Origin: Thermoanaerobaculia bacterium
GTDB lineage: Bacteria > Acidobacteriota > Thermoanaerobaculia > UBA5066
DNA: 64,000 nt
Reading direction: 5' to 3'
NCBI GenBank assembly: GCA_963816185.1
Contig: CAWFJJ010000024.1
Location: 448,001-512,000, forward strand
Made by a program: the position numbers and the translations under genes. Under the pieces are notes generated by a model. The model saw only the letters and a program-made list of their open reading frames with translations, searched no databases and was not told the DNA's origin. Positions 1 to 12,721 of this stretch are shown here, in pieces; position 1 is the stretch's first letter; each line of letters starts with the position of its first letter.

Positions 1-2
1 AA

Positions 3-389
3 GCGGTGCACTTCATCGGCATGCCCGAGGGCGCGCTCGCGCTCGCCGAGATCGCCGTGCACCTGGCGTTGGCGCCGAAGTCGAACGCGCTCTACGCGGC
101 GTACGGAGAGGCCGTGGCCGACGTGCACGAACGCCCGAACGAGCCGCCTCCGCTCGCGATCCGCAACGCGCCGACGAAGCTCATGAAAGACGTGGGCTAC
201 GGGTTGGGCTACCGCTACGCGCACGATCTGGCCGAGAAGACGGCCGGCCTCTCCTGCCTGCCCGACGCGCTGCAGGGCCGGAACTACTACCGGCCGTCGG
301 GCGAGGGAGCCGAGAAGGAACTCAAGGCGCGGGCGGGGGCGGTCAGGGCGCTGCGGGAGAGGATGAAGAAGGAGAAAGAGAAAGGATGA
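3..389 (+). CDS. rarA: Replication-associated recombination protein A (RarA/MgsA), C-terminal part; gene begins before the window
   Basis: Motifs IGMPEG..LA, PKSNA.Y.A, IRNAPTKLMK..GYG.GYRYAHD, CLPD.L....YY.P typical of the MgsA C-terminal domain. Confidence 0.93.
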   Translation, partial: AVHFIGMPEGALALAEIAVHLALAPKSNALYAAYGEAVADVHERPNEPPPLAIRNAPTKLMKDVGYGLGYRYAHDLAEKTAGLSCLPDALQGRNYYRPSGEGAEKELKARAGAVRALRERMKKEKEKG

Positions 390-406
390 TCTGTTCGGAC
401 CCGCGG

Positions 407-610
407 TCAGAACCATTCTCTTTGCTTGGCGATGGGAAGCAGGATGAGCAAAGCGCCGACGAGGAGCGTAAGGAGCGGGTTGGAGATGAAGTACGGGTAG
501 ATGATGAGTGCGGCGCCGACAACGATGTACCAAGGCTCGAATTGACGCTTACCATAGAGGAGGTAGGCTCCGCCGATCGCGCCGAAGAGCAGGTCGAGAA
601 CGAGCGTCAA
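407..610 (-). CDS. Small hydrophobic membrane protein (hypothetical)
   Basis: 67 aa, two to three hydrophobic segments, YGK(R)Q and YPYF motifs; fits between rarA and the MOSC gene. Confidence 0.7.
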   Translation of the reverse strand: MTLVLDLLFGAIGGAYLLYGKRQFEPWYIVVGAALIIYPYFISNPLLTLLVGALLILLPIAKQREWF

Positions 611-686
611 GCGCGAGCGCCTTCTGAGCCGCGCCGTCGCATCAACAGGCGACAGGGCACGCGGTTATATTTCGGATTTCGGACCG

Positions 687-1355
687 TCACGACCGACTCC
701 TTTTCGTCGGCACGCCCGCCTCGCCCAAGCGCTTTCGAAAGTGGTCCCGCCAGCCCTGGGGGAGCGCCCGCAGCTCGATCACTCGGCGCAGGAGCTCTTG
801 GTTCACGCCATCGGCGGCGTACAGCCGGGCGATGTCCAGAACCGTGATTCCCTCCTCATCGCGCGCCGTGACCGTGACGGAGTCGTCGGCGGCCACGTCG
901 CCTTCCCGGGACACGCTCAGATAGAACCCCGTCCTTTCGCTCGACAGGAACCGCTTCACGATGTCGGGTCGGCCGAAGCGGATCCCGAGCTTGAAGCACG
1001 GCATTCGGGGCTGCGTGACGGAGAACTCCGCCGAGCCGATCCGCAACCGATCCCCGATATGGATCGTGTCCTCGAATACTCCTTCCGCCGTGAAGTTCTC
1101 GCCGAAGGCGCCCCAGGGGAGGGCGACACCGGGGAGCTCCTCGCGCCAGAACGCGTAATGCTCCGACGGATAGACGTACACGGCCTTGTCGGCCCCTCCG
1201 TGAACCGTGAGGTCCGACTGCCGGTCGCCTTCCACGTTGAGCTTCCTGACGCGTACGCGGCCTGGGACCGGCGCCTTGAAGATCGAGGTCGTCACGGTCT
1301 TGCCGCGCCATAGCACCTCGCGTGGAAGGCCGACGTTGATCGATACGATTCTCAT
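687..1355 (-). CDS. MOSC domain-containing protein (YiiM-like, with 3-alpha tail)
   Basis: GD.Q.DLTVHGGADKAVY.Y, FGENFT, IGD.L.IG, VTQPR.PCFKL, TGFYL.V..EG motifs. Confidence 0.92.
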   Translation of the reverse strand: MRIVSINVGLPREVLWRGKTVTTSIFKAPVPGRVRVRKLNVEGDRQSDLTVHGGADKAVYVYPSEHYAFWREELPGVALPWGAFGENFTAEGVFEDTIHIGDRLRIGSAEFSVTQPRMPCFKLGIRFGRPDIVKRFLSSERTGFYLSVSREGDVAADDSVTVTARDEEGITVLDIARLYAADGVNQELLRRVIELRALPQGWRDHFRKRLGEAGVPTKRSRS

Positions 1356-1368
1356 CCGGCGTCTCCCG

Positions 1369-2121
1369 CTAAGAGATCCGCCCCGCGCGAAGGGCGAGCG
1401 GCCAGGTGATCGTCTTCTCGGACACCGGGTCGCCCCAGGCCTCTGCGAAAGACTCTGCGAGCTCCGCGACCGGATCGCGGCCGGTCTCCTTCGTACAGCG
1501 CTTGACGGCGGACCAGGTCGAGAGATAGCCGAGGGTCCGTTCGAGGTCCCACGCGGCCGTCATCGCCACGGGCGGTACGGGAATTTCTTCGAAGGGGAAA
1601 AGAAGATCGGCGTAGCGGCGGGAGACGAGGGCGCGTTCGGGCGGCCAGTACGGCTCGACGCGAGCGTGAAAGCGGCGAATGACCGCTCCCGCCTCGCCCT
1701 TCACGTCGAAAAGATCGTAGGCCCACACCGCGACGGCGCCTCCCGGCACGGCGACCCTGTTCACCTCTTCGAAGAATCTCTTCTGATCGAACCAGTGAAC
1801 CGCCTGCCCGACGGTCACGAGGTCGGCCCAGCGGTCCGGGAGGCCCGACTTCTCGGCCGGCGTCACCCGGTACGTGACACGCGGGTGCGGCGTCGCGTGG
1901 GCGATCTGGTCGGCGCTCGCGTCCGTCGCGACGACTTCGGCGAAGTGCTCCGCGAGAGGCACCGCGGCCTGCCCGCTTCCGGTGCCCGCGTCCCAGCAGC
2001 GCTCGTGCCGCGGCGCCAGCGCTGCGACGGTTCGGAAGAGCTCGGGCGGATACGCGGGCCGGTAGCGGGCGTAATCGCTTGCGTGGCCCGAGAAGTGGTC
2101 CTTGAAGGCGGGTTCGCTCAG
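1369..2121 (-). CDS. Class I SAM-dependent methyltransferase; probable CTG start overlapping the guaB stop (CTGA)
   Basis: C-terminal part of ORF 1369..3105: FKDHFS..A..YA.YRP.YP N-terminus, [11 protein letters not shown] motif [15 protein letters not shown]. Confidence 0.88.
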   Translation of the reverse strand: MSEPAFKDHFSGHASDYARYRPAYPPELFRTVAALAPRHERCWDAGTGSGQAAVPLAEHFAEVVATDASADQIAHATPHPRVTYRVTPAEKSGLPDRWADLVTVGQAVHWFDQKRFFEEVNRVAVPGGAVAVWAYDLFDVKGEAGAVIRRFHARVEPYWPPERALVSRRYADLLFPFEEIPVPPVAMTAAWDLERTLGYLSTWSAVKRCTKETGRDPVAELAESFAEAWGDPVSEKTITWPLALRAGRIS

Positions 2122-3590
2122 ATTTCTTCGCGCCTGTAGTTCGGGGCTTCTTTCGTGATGATCACGTCGTGAGCGTGGCTCTCCTTGAGGCCGGCCGTCG
2201 TGATGCGCACGAACCGCGCCTTCTTCACGAGCTCCGGGAGGGTCGCCGCGCCCGCGAGTCCCATGCCGGAGCGCACGCCGCCTGTCAGCTGCGCGAGGAG
2301 CGTCGAGACGGGCCCCTTGTGGGGAACCATGCCCTCGATGCCCTCCGGCACGAGCTTCTGCGGCTCTTCCTCGTCCTGGAAGTACCGGTCGGCGGAGCCC
2401 AGCTTCATCGCGCCGAGCGAGCCCATGCCGCGATACGCCTTGAACGTGCGGCCCTGGTAGAGGATCGTCTCGCCCGGCGCCTCGTCCGTGCCCGCGAAGA
2501 GGCTGCCGATCATCACGGAATGCGCGCCCGCCGCGAGGGCCTTCGTGACGTCGCCCGAGAACTTGATGCCGCCGTCGGCCACGAGCGAGACGCCCGTCTT
2601 CCCCAGGCCCTTCACGCACTCGCGGATGGCGTGGATCTGCGGCACGCCGGCGCCCGTGACGACGCGCGTCGTGCAGATGGAACCGGGCCCGACGCCGATC
2701 TTCACGGCGTCGGCCCCCCGGCGCACGAGATCGCGGGTGCCTTCGGCCGTCGCCACGTTGCCCGCCAGAACGGGAGTGGATGGGAACTTCTTCTTCAGGG
2801 ACGTGAGCGCCCCCAGCACGCCTTCGCTGTGGCCGTGCGAGGAGTCGAGGACGAGGAGATCCACCTTCGCGTCGACGAGCTCCCGGGCCCGGTCGAGGAG
2901 ATCGTTGCTCGCGCCCACGGCCGCGGCCACGCGCAGGCGGCCGAACGAGTCCTTGCACGCGCTCGGATACTTGATCTGTTTCTGGATGTCCTTGACCGTG
3001 ATGAGCCCCTTGAGGTTGCCGGCGCGGTCCACGACGAGCAGCTTCTCGATGCGATGCCGGTGAAGCAGCTCCTTGGCCTGCTCGAGCGTCGTGCCCGGCG
3101 GGCACGTCACGAGGTTCTCCTTCGTCATGCGTTCCGAGATGGGGAGGTCCATGCGCGTCTCGAAGCGCAGGTCGCGGTTCGTCAGGATGCCGACGAGCTT
3201 GCCGCGGTCGTCCACGACCGGCACCCCCGAGATCCGGAAATTCGCCATGACCTCGAGCGCTTCGGAGATCCTCTGGGTCGGACGGCAGGTGACGGGGTCG
3301 ACGATCATCCCGCTCTCCGAGCGCTTCACCTTGTCGACCTCGGCGGCCTGCGAATCGATCGTGAGGTTCTTGTGGATGACGCCGAGGCCGCCGTTCTGCG
3401 CCATGGCGATCGCCAGGCGCGACTCGGTGACCGTGTCCATGGCGGCCGAAAGGATGGGGATGTTGAGGCCGATCCCCGGCGCGAGCCGGGTCCTCAGGTC
3501 GGTTTCGGCGGGATGGACTTTCGAGCGGGCGGGGAGGAGGAGGACGTCGTCGAACGTGAGGGCGAGCGGGATTTCCCGGTCATTCACCAT
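2118..3590 (-). CDS. guaB: IMP dehydrogenase with CBS domains
   Basis: [18 protein letters not shown], catalytic [27 protein letters not shown]. Confidence 0.98.
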   Translation of the reverse strand: MVNDREIPLALTFDDVLLLPARSKVHPAETDLRTRLAPGIGLNIPILSAAMDTVTESRLAIAMAQNGGLGVIHKNLTIDSQAAEVDKVKRSESGMIVDPVTCRPTQRISEALEVMANFRISGVPVVDDRGKLVGILTNRDLRFETRMDLPISERMTKENLVTCPPGTTLEQAKELLHRHRIEKLLVVDRAGNLKGLITVKDIQKQIKYPSACKDSFGRLRVAAAVGASNDLLDRARELVDAKVDLLVLDSSHGHSEGVLGALTSLKKKFPSTPVLAGNVATAEGTRDLVRRGADAVKIGVGPGSICTTRVVTGAGVPQIHAIRECVKGLGKTGVSLVADGGIKFSGDVTKALAAGAHSVMIGSLFAGTDEAPGETILYQGRTFKAYRGMGSLGAMKLGSADRYFQDEEEPQKLVPEGIEGMVPHKGPVSTLLAQLTGGVRSGMGLAGAATLPELVKKARFVRITTAGLKESHAHDVIITKEAPNYRREEI

Positions 3591-3635
3591 GAGGAGTCAT
3601 ACCACAGACGGTGGATAACCCCTCTCGTCCCCGGT

Positions 3636-6473
<2,838 letters not shown>

Positions 6474-6547
6474 GAAGGAATTGCGCGCGCAAAGAGCGCG
6501 CGCGGGAGATTGAGTTTAGCAGGAAGGGGAAGATGCGCTCGGTGCTC

Positions 6548-6759
6548 GGGCGTCAAGGCAGACCGCTTCGCGGCGCCTTCGGCGGCCTTGACTCCCTTCG
6601 CGCCTCGCGCCGGATTCCGTCCATCGAAGGTTCTTCGAACCTTCGCTTTCTCCTGAAAACGGAGGATGTGAATCCTCCGATAGAAGAATCCGAGCCTGAG
6701 CGGCGCGCGAGTCAACCGTCGCGCAGCGACCGCCGGAGGCGGCTCGCGGTTGACACGCG
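6548..6759. repeat. Cluster of palindromic hairpins; two GTCAA...TTGAC-bounded units flanking a nested multi-stem centre
   Basis: gtcaagg(6552)...ccttgac(6592); cgaaggttc-ttc-gaaccttcg 6625-6645; cggaggat-gtga-atcctccg 6660-6679; cggattc(6611)/gaatccg(6692); gtcaaccg(6711)...cggttgac(6754); core gaccgct.cgcggcgc shared with the 21.6 kb and 61.9 kb repeats. Confidence 0.75.
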
Positions 6760-6778
6760 TGGCGCGAGGGCTATCCGA

Positions 6779-7657
6779 CTAAAAGGCGTTCAGGACGTAA
6801 TCCAGGGGGTTCACCGGCTTGCCGTCGTTGTGCACCTCGTAGTGGAGGTGGGGTCCGGTGGAGCGGCCCGTGGAGCCGACGAGCGCGATGAGGTCTCCGC
6901 GCTTGATGCGCTGGCCCTCGGCGACTCGCGCCGTCTGGAGGTGTCCGAAGAGCGTCGTGATTCCGTATCCGTGGGCGATCTCCACGAAGCGGCCGTAGCC
7001 CTTGTCCCAGCCTACCCGCACGACCGTGCCCGACGCCGGGGCGACGACGCGATTCCCGGCCGGGGTCGAGATGTCGATGCCCGTGTGGAATTCGGAGTGG
7101 TTCGTGAAGGGGTCGGGGCGCGCCCCGAAGCCCGCCGTCAGCACGCCGGCCGCAGGGGCGATGCTCGGAGTGAGGGCGAGCTGGTCGGCCTCCAGGTAGA
7201 GCTTCTTCTCGACGAGCGTGAGGCGCGACGACAGGAGGGCGCCACGCCGCCCGGCCTCGCTGAGACCCGATTCGACGGATTCCGCGGGGTTCGCGGGGAC
7301 CGCGGTGAGACCGCCGACGCCGCCGGTGCCGGGATCGCGCACCGCCGAAAGGCCGGCGACGATCGACAGGCGGCGCGTGCGATCCTCGAAGTCGGCCAGC
7401 ATTTTCTCGATCGACTCCAGGCGCGTGTTCGTGAGGGCCGTCCGCGATCTCAGGTCCGAGTTCTCGGCGAGGATGGCGGTGACCTCTCTGTTCCTGCGGA
7501 TCGACCGGACCCACAGGACCGAGAAGGTCACGCCGAGGACGACCGCGAGGCCGAAAGAGATTCCCAGGCACCAGAGAAGCCGCGAGGAGACGCGAAACTG
7601 CCGAAAACGCGCCGTGGCGTGCGGCAGGAAGATGATGGTGTGCTCTCTTCTCGGCAT
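6779..7657 (-). CDS. M23 family peptidoglycan endopeptidase with N-terminal membrane anchor and coiled coil
   Basis: FH.GIDI, GYG..V.I.HG.G..T.FGHL, VGSTGRSTGPHLHYEV; ATG at 7657 preceded by AAGGAAGGGA. Confidence 0.93.
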   Translation of the reverse strand: MPRREHTIIFLPHATARFRQFRVSSRLLWCLGISFGLAVVLGVTFSVLWVRSIRRNREVTAILAENSDLRSRTALTNTRLESIEKMLADFEDRTRRLSIVAGLSAVRDPGTGGVGGLTAVPANPAESVESGLSEAGRRGALLSSRLTLVEKKLYLEADQLALTPSIAPAAGVLTAGFGARPDPFTNHSEFHTGIDISTPAGNRVVAPASGTVVRVGWDKGYGRFVEIAHGYGITTLFGHLQTARVAEGQRIKRGDLIALVGSTGRSTGPHLHYEVHNDGKPVNPLDYVLNAF

Positions 7658-7747
7658 CCGTTCCCTTCCTTGGGCGTTTTCTTCCCTCGGCACGAACAAA
7701 CACACGCACAGCCTTACACCTGGAAGGCCACCGATTGGACGATCGAA

Positions 7748-7775
7748 ATCTTAAGCCGCTTGGAAGGCCTGTCAA
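7748..7775 (-). promoter_or_regulatory. Sigma70-type promoter candidate for the M23 gene
   Basis: On the minus strand TTGACA (7775-7770), 16 bp spacer, TAAGAT (7753-7748). Confidence 0.6.
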
Positions 7776-7818
7776 GGAAGATTCGCCCTCTTCATTCAAC
7801 TCATTGACAAAGGGGAAG

Positions 7819-9333
7819 CTAAGTCGTATTGGCGGGCCGATAACGAAGGGCCTCGGCCACGTGCGCGGGCTGGATCCCGGCCGCGTCCTGTATATCCGCG
7901 ATTGTACGAGCAACGCGCAGAACGCGCTGGAAACCCCTGGCCGACAGTGTGAGGCGGTCGACGGCGCGCGTCAGGAGCGCGCGGGCCTCCGGCGTCGTCT
8001 TCAGGATCGAGCGGGCAAGGCGGCCCGGTAGGGCCGCGTTCACGAGGCGGGGGTCGCCGTTACGCGCCGTCTGTCGCGCCCGCGCGGCTTCGACCCGAGC
8101 ACGGACGGCGGCCGATGTCTCGCCGTCTCCCTCGGTGCCGAGGTCCGACGCCGCGAGCGCCGGCACCTCGACGTGCAGGTCGATGCGGTCGAGGAGCGGC
8201 CCCGAGATCTTCCGGCGATAGCGCGCCACGTCGCGCGGCGAGCACGAGCAGGCGCGCCTCGGGTCCCCGCGGAAACCGCAGGGGCACGGGTTCATCGCGC
8301 CGACGAGGAGGAACCGGGCCGGAAAGGTGCGGGCTCCGGCCACACGGGCGACGGAGACGACCCCGTCTTCGAGAGGCTCGCGCAGCGCCTCGAGCGCGTC
8401 CCGCCGGAACTCGGGCAGCTCGTCGAGAAAAAGGACGCCGAAGTGCGCAAGCGAGAGCTCCCCGGGCCGCGGGTCGACTCCTCCGCCCGCGAGAGCCGCC
8501 GCGGACGCTCCATGGTGCGGAGAGCGGAACGGGCGCTGCGTGAGGAGCCCGCTTCCTGCCGGAAGGCGGCCCGCGACGCTCCAGATGCGCGTCGCGTCGA
8601 GACTTTCCTCGCGTGAGAGCGGTGGAAGGATTCCGGGCAGTCTCCGCGCCAGCATCGTCTTGCCGGAGCCGGGCGGTCCGGAAAACAGGATGTTGTGCCC
8701 GCCCGCGGCGGCGATCTCGAGCGCGCGGCGTGCGACGGCCTGGCCCCTCACGTCCGCGAGATCCGGCTCGGAACCGGGGAGCGGCCTCGCGGCGGCGGAA
8801 GGGACGACGCGCGGAAGGATCTCCCGCGCAAGAAGGTGGGCGATCGCCGCGCCGAGATGCGGCGCCGCAAAGACCTGGAGAGACGGGATCGCGGCCGCTT
8901 CTTCCGCGTTCTCGAGGGGAACGAGGAGAGCGCGCTCCTCGCGGCGTGACGTCTCGGCGAACGACAGAACGCCCGGCACGCCCCGGAGCTCCCCGTCGAG
9001 GGCGAGCTCTCCGACGAGGGTCGTCTTCGCGAGCGCCTCGGCGGGCAGGTCTCCGTTCGCGGCGAGGATCGCGAGCGCGACGGCGAGATCCAGAGCCGTG
9101 CCCGATTTCGGGAGGTCGGCCGGCGCAAGGTTGACGACGATGTTCTTCGACGGCATCGGAAATCCGACGTGCCGGAGAGCCGAGCGAATCCGCTCGCGGC
9201 TTTCCTTCACGGCCGCGTCCGGGAGGCCCACGATCGTGAGACCGGGAAGCCCCGCCCCGATCGCGGCCTCCACGACGACCGTGCGGCCCTCGAGGCCGGC
9301 GACCGCCGCCGAGTACGCGCGGGCGACGGTCAT
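7819..9333 (-). CDS. comM: YifB/ComM Mg-chelatase-like AAA+ ATPase
   Basis: IVGLPDAAVKESRERIRSAL, VNLAPADLPK.G, GPPGSGKTMLARRL, RPFRSPHH, LFLDELPEF, MNPCPCG, SGPLLDRIDL; ATG at 9333 with GGAG upstream. Confidence 0.95.
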   Translation of the reverse strand: MTVARAYSAAVAGLEGRTVVVEAAIGAGLPGLTIVGLPDAAVKESRERIRSALRHVGFPMPSKNIVVNLAPADLPKSGTALDLAVALAILAANGDLPAEALAKTTLVGELALDGELRGVPGVLSFAETSRREERALLVPLENAEEAAAIPSLQVFAAPHLGAAIAHLLAREILPRVVPSAAARPLPGSEPDLADVRGQAVARRALEIAAAGGHNILFSGPPGSGKTMLARRLPGILPPLSREESLDATRIWSVAGRLPAGSGLLTQRPFRSPHHGASAAALAGGGVDPRPGELSLAHFGVLFLDELPEFRRDALEALREPLEDGVVSVARVAGARTFPARFLLVGAMNPCPCGFRGDPRRACSCSPRDVARYRRKISGPLLDRIDLHVEVPALAASDLGTEGDGETSAAVRARVEAARARQTARNGDPRLVNAALPGRLARSILKTTPEARALLTRAVDRLTLSARGFQRVLRVARTIADIQDAAGIQPAHVAEALRYRPANTT

Positions 9334-9344
9334 CGTCTCCCTGG

Positions 9345-11186
9345 TCAGTTCAGGACGGCGAGGGTGAGGGTCAGGGTCTGGCCCGCGCGGAGCGAGCGGG
9401 CCGAGCGCAGGCGGTTCTCGCGGACGATGGCCTTGATCGTCGTCCCGTAGCGTGCGGCGAGAGAGTAGACGGTGTCGCCGGGCTTCACGGTGTGCCGGAT
9501 CCTCCGGGCCGTGGGGGCTGCGGCCTTTACAGGGGCGGCATGGGAGTCTGCGAAGCCGTCCGCCGGAATATCGACGCGCGCCGGGAGCGGCGCCGCCGCG
9601 GCCGATGCGACCACGGCGGCGGGCGCCGTTGCCGCGGGAGCGGAGGTGAACGGGCCGACGTCCGAGGCGCGCGTGACCGCCGCCGCTGGTGTCGGAACGC
9701 CGCGGATCTCGCCCTGAGGTGCGCGAGACGCCGAGGCGAGCGCGACACGGTGCGGGGCGGTCCCGCGCGTGCCCGGCACGACGAGCACGGTGCCCTTCTT
9801 CAAGCGAGCCGTGCGGGGCAGGTCGTTCCAGTCGCACAGCTCGGCGACGGACACGTGCGTGCGGTGCGCGATCTTCTTGAGCGAGTCGCCCTTCCTGACG
9901 ACGACGCGCTTCTCGAGGACGGCGCGCGCGGCGGGCAGCGCAGCGATTTGCGACGCCAGAAGGGCCGTCGAGCCGGCGGGAACGCGCACGTCGTAAGCAG
10001 GGACTCCGGAAGGAGTCGCTCGCGTCTTGAGCTCGCTGTTGAGGAGCTGGAGGTCCGCGAGGGTCGACTGGGTGAGCTCGGCCACGCGCGCGAGATCGAC
10101 CGGCTTGCGGACCGTCACGGTGTCCCAGGCGATCGGCGGATCGGGCACGACGTCGAAGCCGAATCTCTTCGGATCCTTCGAGATGAGCGCCGCTGCGAGA
10201 ATGAACGGCACGTAGTCGCGCGTCTCCCGCCGGAGGCTGCTGCCCGCCGCGAGCTCCCAGAAGTCGCGCGCGCCCGTACGCTGGAGGCTCTTGAGGATCC
10301 GGCCCTCGCCCCCGTCGTACGCGGCCATGGCGAGGTGCCAGTCCCCGAACATCTCGTACAGGTCGCGGAAATACGCCGCGGCCGCGCGCGTGGACTTCAC
10401 GGGGTCGCTCCGCTCGTCGAGGGAACGATTCCGCTTGAGGCCGTAACGTTTGCCCGTGCCGGCGATGAACTGCCAGAAGCCGTGGGCGGCGGCGCGCGAG
10501 TGAGCCTGGTACTTGAAAGCAGACTCGACCATCGCGACATAGACGAGATCCTGCGGAACGCCCTCCTCCTTGAGAACGCCGCGCATGAGGTCGAGGTAGC
10601 GCCCGCTGCGCTTGAGGGCCCCTGCGAAGGCCAGGGGGGTGCGGAACTGATAGAAGGCCACGGCGCGGAGGACGGCGTCGTTCACGACGATCGGAATGTC
10701 GAAGCCTGGTCCCGGAGCCGCCGAGCCGACCTCCGTCTTGGCCTTCTCGACCTCGTCCGCAGACGGGAGCGGCGCGTTGGCGACGAGGCTGTCGCGCGGG
10801 TCCTCGGCGGGAGCGCGGTCGGGCTCGGCAGGACGCGAGCCGGCCTCGATCGCGGGTCGGTAGAGGTCGATCGAGTCGTAGAGCTCGCTCGCGAACGCGA
10901 GGTCGGACGGGTCGCCCTCCCGCGAGGCGATCCGGACCGTCTCGAGGGCATCGCGAAAGGCCTCTCGGGCGCAGTCGCTCTCGCCCGCGAGCGCGAGCTC
11001 TTTGCCCTGGTAGAACTGTTCGGCGGCCAGCTTGCGCGCGGCGGAAATCGCCGGCGGGTTCTCGGGCGGCGCGATCCGCGAAACCGGGACCTGGCGGGGC
11101 GCGGCCGCGCAGCCCGCAATCACGAGAGGCAGGAATCCCGCCGCGGCACGCAGGATTCGGGCGGAGAGCCGCCGGCCGTTTCTCAT
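9345..11186 (-). CDS. Membrane-bound lytic murein transglycosylase (MltD-like) lipoprotein with two LysM domains
   Basis: Lipobox-like IAGC, AMVESAF, A.G.WQFI..TG..YGL, AAYDGGEG, ETRDYVP, LysM repeats VRKGDSL..IA and VKPGDTVYSLA. Confidence 0.9.
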   Translation of the reverse strand: MRNGRRLSARILRAAAGFLPLVIAGCAAAPRQVPVSRIAPPENPPAISAARKLAAEQFYQGKELALAGESDCAREAFRDALETVRIASREGDPSDLAFASELYDSIDLYRPAIEAGSRPAEPDRAPAEDPRDSLVANAPLPSADEVEKAKTEVGSAAPGPGFDIPIVVNDAVLRAVAFYQFRTPLAFAGALKRSGRYLDLMRGVLKEEGVPQDLVYVAMVESAFKYQAHSRAAAHGFWQFIAGTGKRYGLKRNRSLDERSDPVKSTRAAAAYFRDLYEMFGDWHLAMAAYDGGEGRILKSLQRTGARDFWELAAGSSLRRETRDYVPFILAAALISKDPKRFGFDVVPDPPIAWDTVTVRKPVDLARVAELTQSTLADLQLLNSELKTRATPSGVPAYDVRVPAGSTALLASQIAALPAARAVLEKRVVVRKGDSLKKIAHRTHVSVAELCDWNDLPRTARLKKGTVLVVPGTRGTAPHRVALASASRAPQGEIRGVPTPAAAVTRASDVGPFTSAPAATAPAAVVASAAAAPLPARVDIPADGFADSHAAPVKAAAPTARRIRHTVKPGDTVYSLAARYGTTIKAIVRENRLRSARSLRAGQTLTLTLAVLN

Positions 11187-11243
11187 CACCGGCAAGTGAA
11201 CCCGACCCAAGAGAGGGAGGTCAAGCAAAATCGCTTCGCGCTC

Positions 11244-12593
11244 TTACTCGGGCTTGACATGGAATTTCAGCGAGAGGAGGAGCTTGTTGATGTCCTTCAG
11301 GCCCGCAAAATCCACGTCGAACCGTTTCTCGGCGCCGAGGGCGCCGCCGGTCCCGTCGCCGAACGAGAGCCCGACCGTCACGTGGCGGGTCTTCGCGAGA
11401 GTGTCGCGGGGGACCTGAAGATCGAAGGACTGCGCCACGTCCTTCCGGTGGTTTCGCGTCGACCCGAGGAGGTCGTCGAGCGAGACATCGGCGGCACTCT
11501 TGCTCTTCGTCTTGTGGGAGCCGCCGGGGGTCGCCGGCCGCTGCGTCGCGATCTTCCGAAGCTTCTCGAGCTCGGAAAGGATGTCCACGTTCGAGCGCAC
11601 GCGCACGTGTTTCACCGAGGAGTCCATGGGCACGTCGACCGGCGGAGGCTGGATCTCGGCGAAGCTCACTTCGCTGGACGTGTCCTCGGGCTGTGGAAAG
11701 TTCGCCGCATCGAACGGCGCGGTCTCCGCGGGAAGGGGAAGCGCAGGCGACGTGTCGGCCGGGAGATCCCGCGCCTCGACGTCGCGGGTCTGCTGCCGGG
11801 CAGCTTCCTGGAAGCGCTTGAGCCGCGAGATCGTGGAGTCGAAACCGTCTCCGGGTACCGCGGGAGCCGTGGCCACCGCCGACGCCGTGGCCATGGCGTC
11901 GATGGCCGCGCCGATGCCAGAGGCGGCGGCCTTCGACGACATCATCGGCTGCGGACCGGGAGTGGCCGCGGTCGCGACGACCGCGGGACGCCTTTGCTCG
12001 ACCGCCATTCGGCCTTTCAGGGAGCGAAGAGTGAGCTTCGAGATCGCCTTGAGAGTTTCGAAAACTCCGGTCCCGTTCGTGGCCGAGGCCTCGTAGAATT
12101 CCACCTCGCCTTCCGGGTTCAGGGAGCCGTTCAGCTCGTCGAGAGTCAGGATGTTCGCGAGATCGCGTTTGTTGTACTGGAAGACACGTGGAGTCGCGTC
12201 GAGGGAGACGCCGATCTCCGCCAGATTTTCGCGGAGGTTTCGAAGACTCTCGACGTTCGGATCCTTCATGGGCCGCTGCGAGTCGGCTACGAAGACGATT
12301 CCGTCCACCCCCTTGAGGACGAGCTTTCGCGTCGTGTTGTAGAAGACCTGTCCGGGTACGGTGTACAGCTGGAGACGGGTTTTGAATCCTCCGATGACGC
12401 CGACGTCCAGCGGGAGCAGGTCGAAGAACAGCGTCCGATCGGTTTCCGTCTCGAGGCAGACCATCTCCCCGCGAGACGTCGGGGCCGTCCGCCCGTAAAT
12501 CACGTGGAGATTCGTGGTTTTCCCGCAGAGACCAGGACCGTAATACACGATCTTGGCGGCCATCTGCATCGTCGCGTAGTTGAAGAAAACCAT
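11244..12593 (-). CDS. mglA: MglA-family small GTPase with a C-terminal extension of about 250 aa
   Basis: KIVYYGPGLCGKTTNL, TETDRTLFFD, QLYTVPGQVFY..TRKLVLKGVDGIVFVADSQ, QYNKRDL. Confidence 0.9.
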   Translation of the reverse strand: MVFFNYATMQMAAKIVYYGPGLCGKTTNLHVIYGRTAPTSRGEMVCLETETDRTLFFDLLPLDVGVIGGFKTRLQLYTVPGQVFYNTTRKLVLKGVDGIVFVADSQRPMKDPNVESLRNLRENLAEIGVSLDATPRVFQYNKRDLANILTLDELNGSLNPEGEVEFYEASATNGTGVFETLKAISKLTLRSLKGRMAVEQRRPAVVATAATPGPQPMMSSKAAASGIGAAIDAMATASAVATAPAVPGDGFDSTISRLKRFQEAARQQTRDVEARDLPADTSPALPLPAETAPFDAANFPQPEDTSSEVSFAEIQPPPVDVPMDSSVKHVRVRSNVDILSELEKLRKIATQRPATPGGSHKTKSKSAADVSLDDLLGSTRNHRKDVAQSFDLQVPRDTLAKTRHVTVGLSFGDGTGGALGAEKRFDVDFAGLKDINKLLLSLKFHVKPE

Positions 12594-12721
12594 ATGAATA
12601 AGGCTCTACCGACCTCCCCGAGGGGCATCTGATCTTACACCCGGAGGCGACTCCCTTTGATATCATGAGGCGCTGCCGGGGAGGTCGGGGAGCCGAACAA
12701 GGGCGGAGGCCTTGCGCCGCG

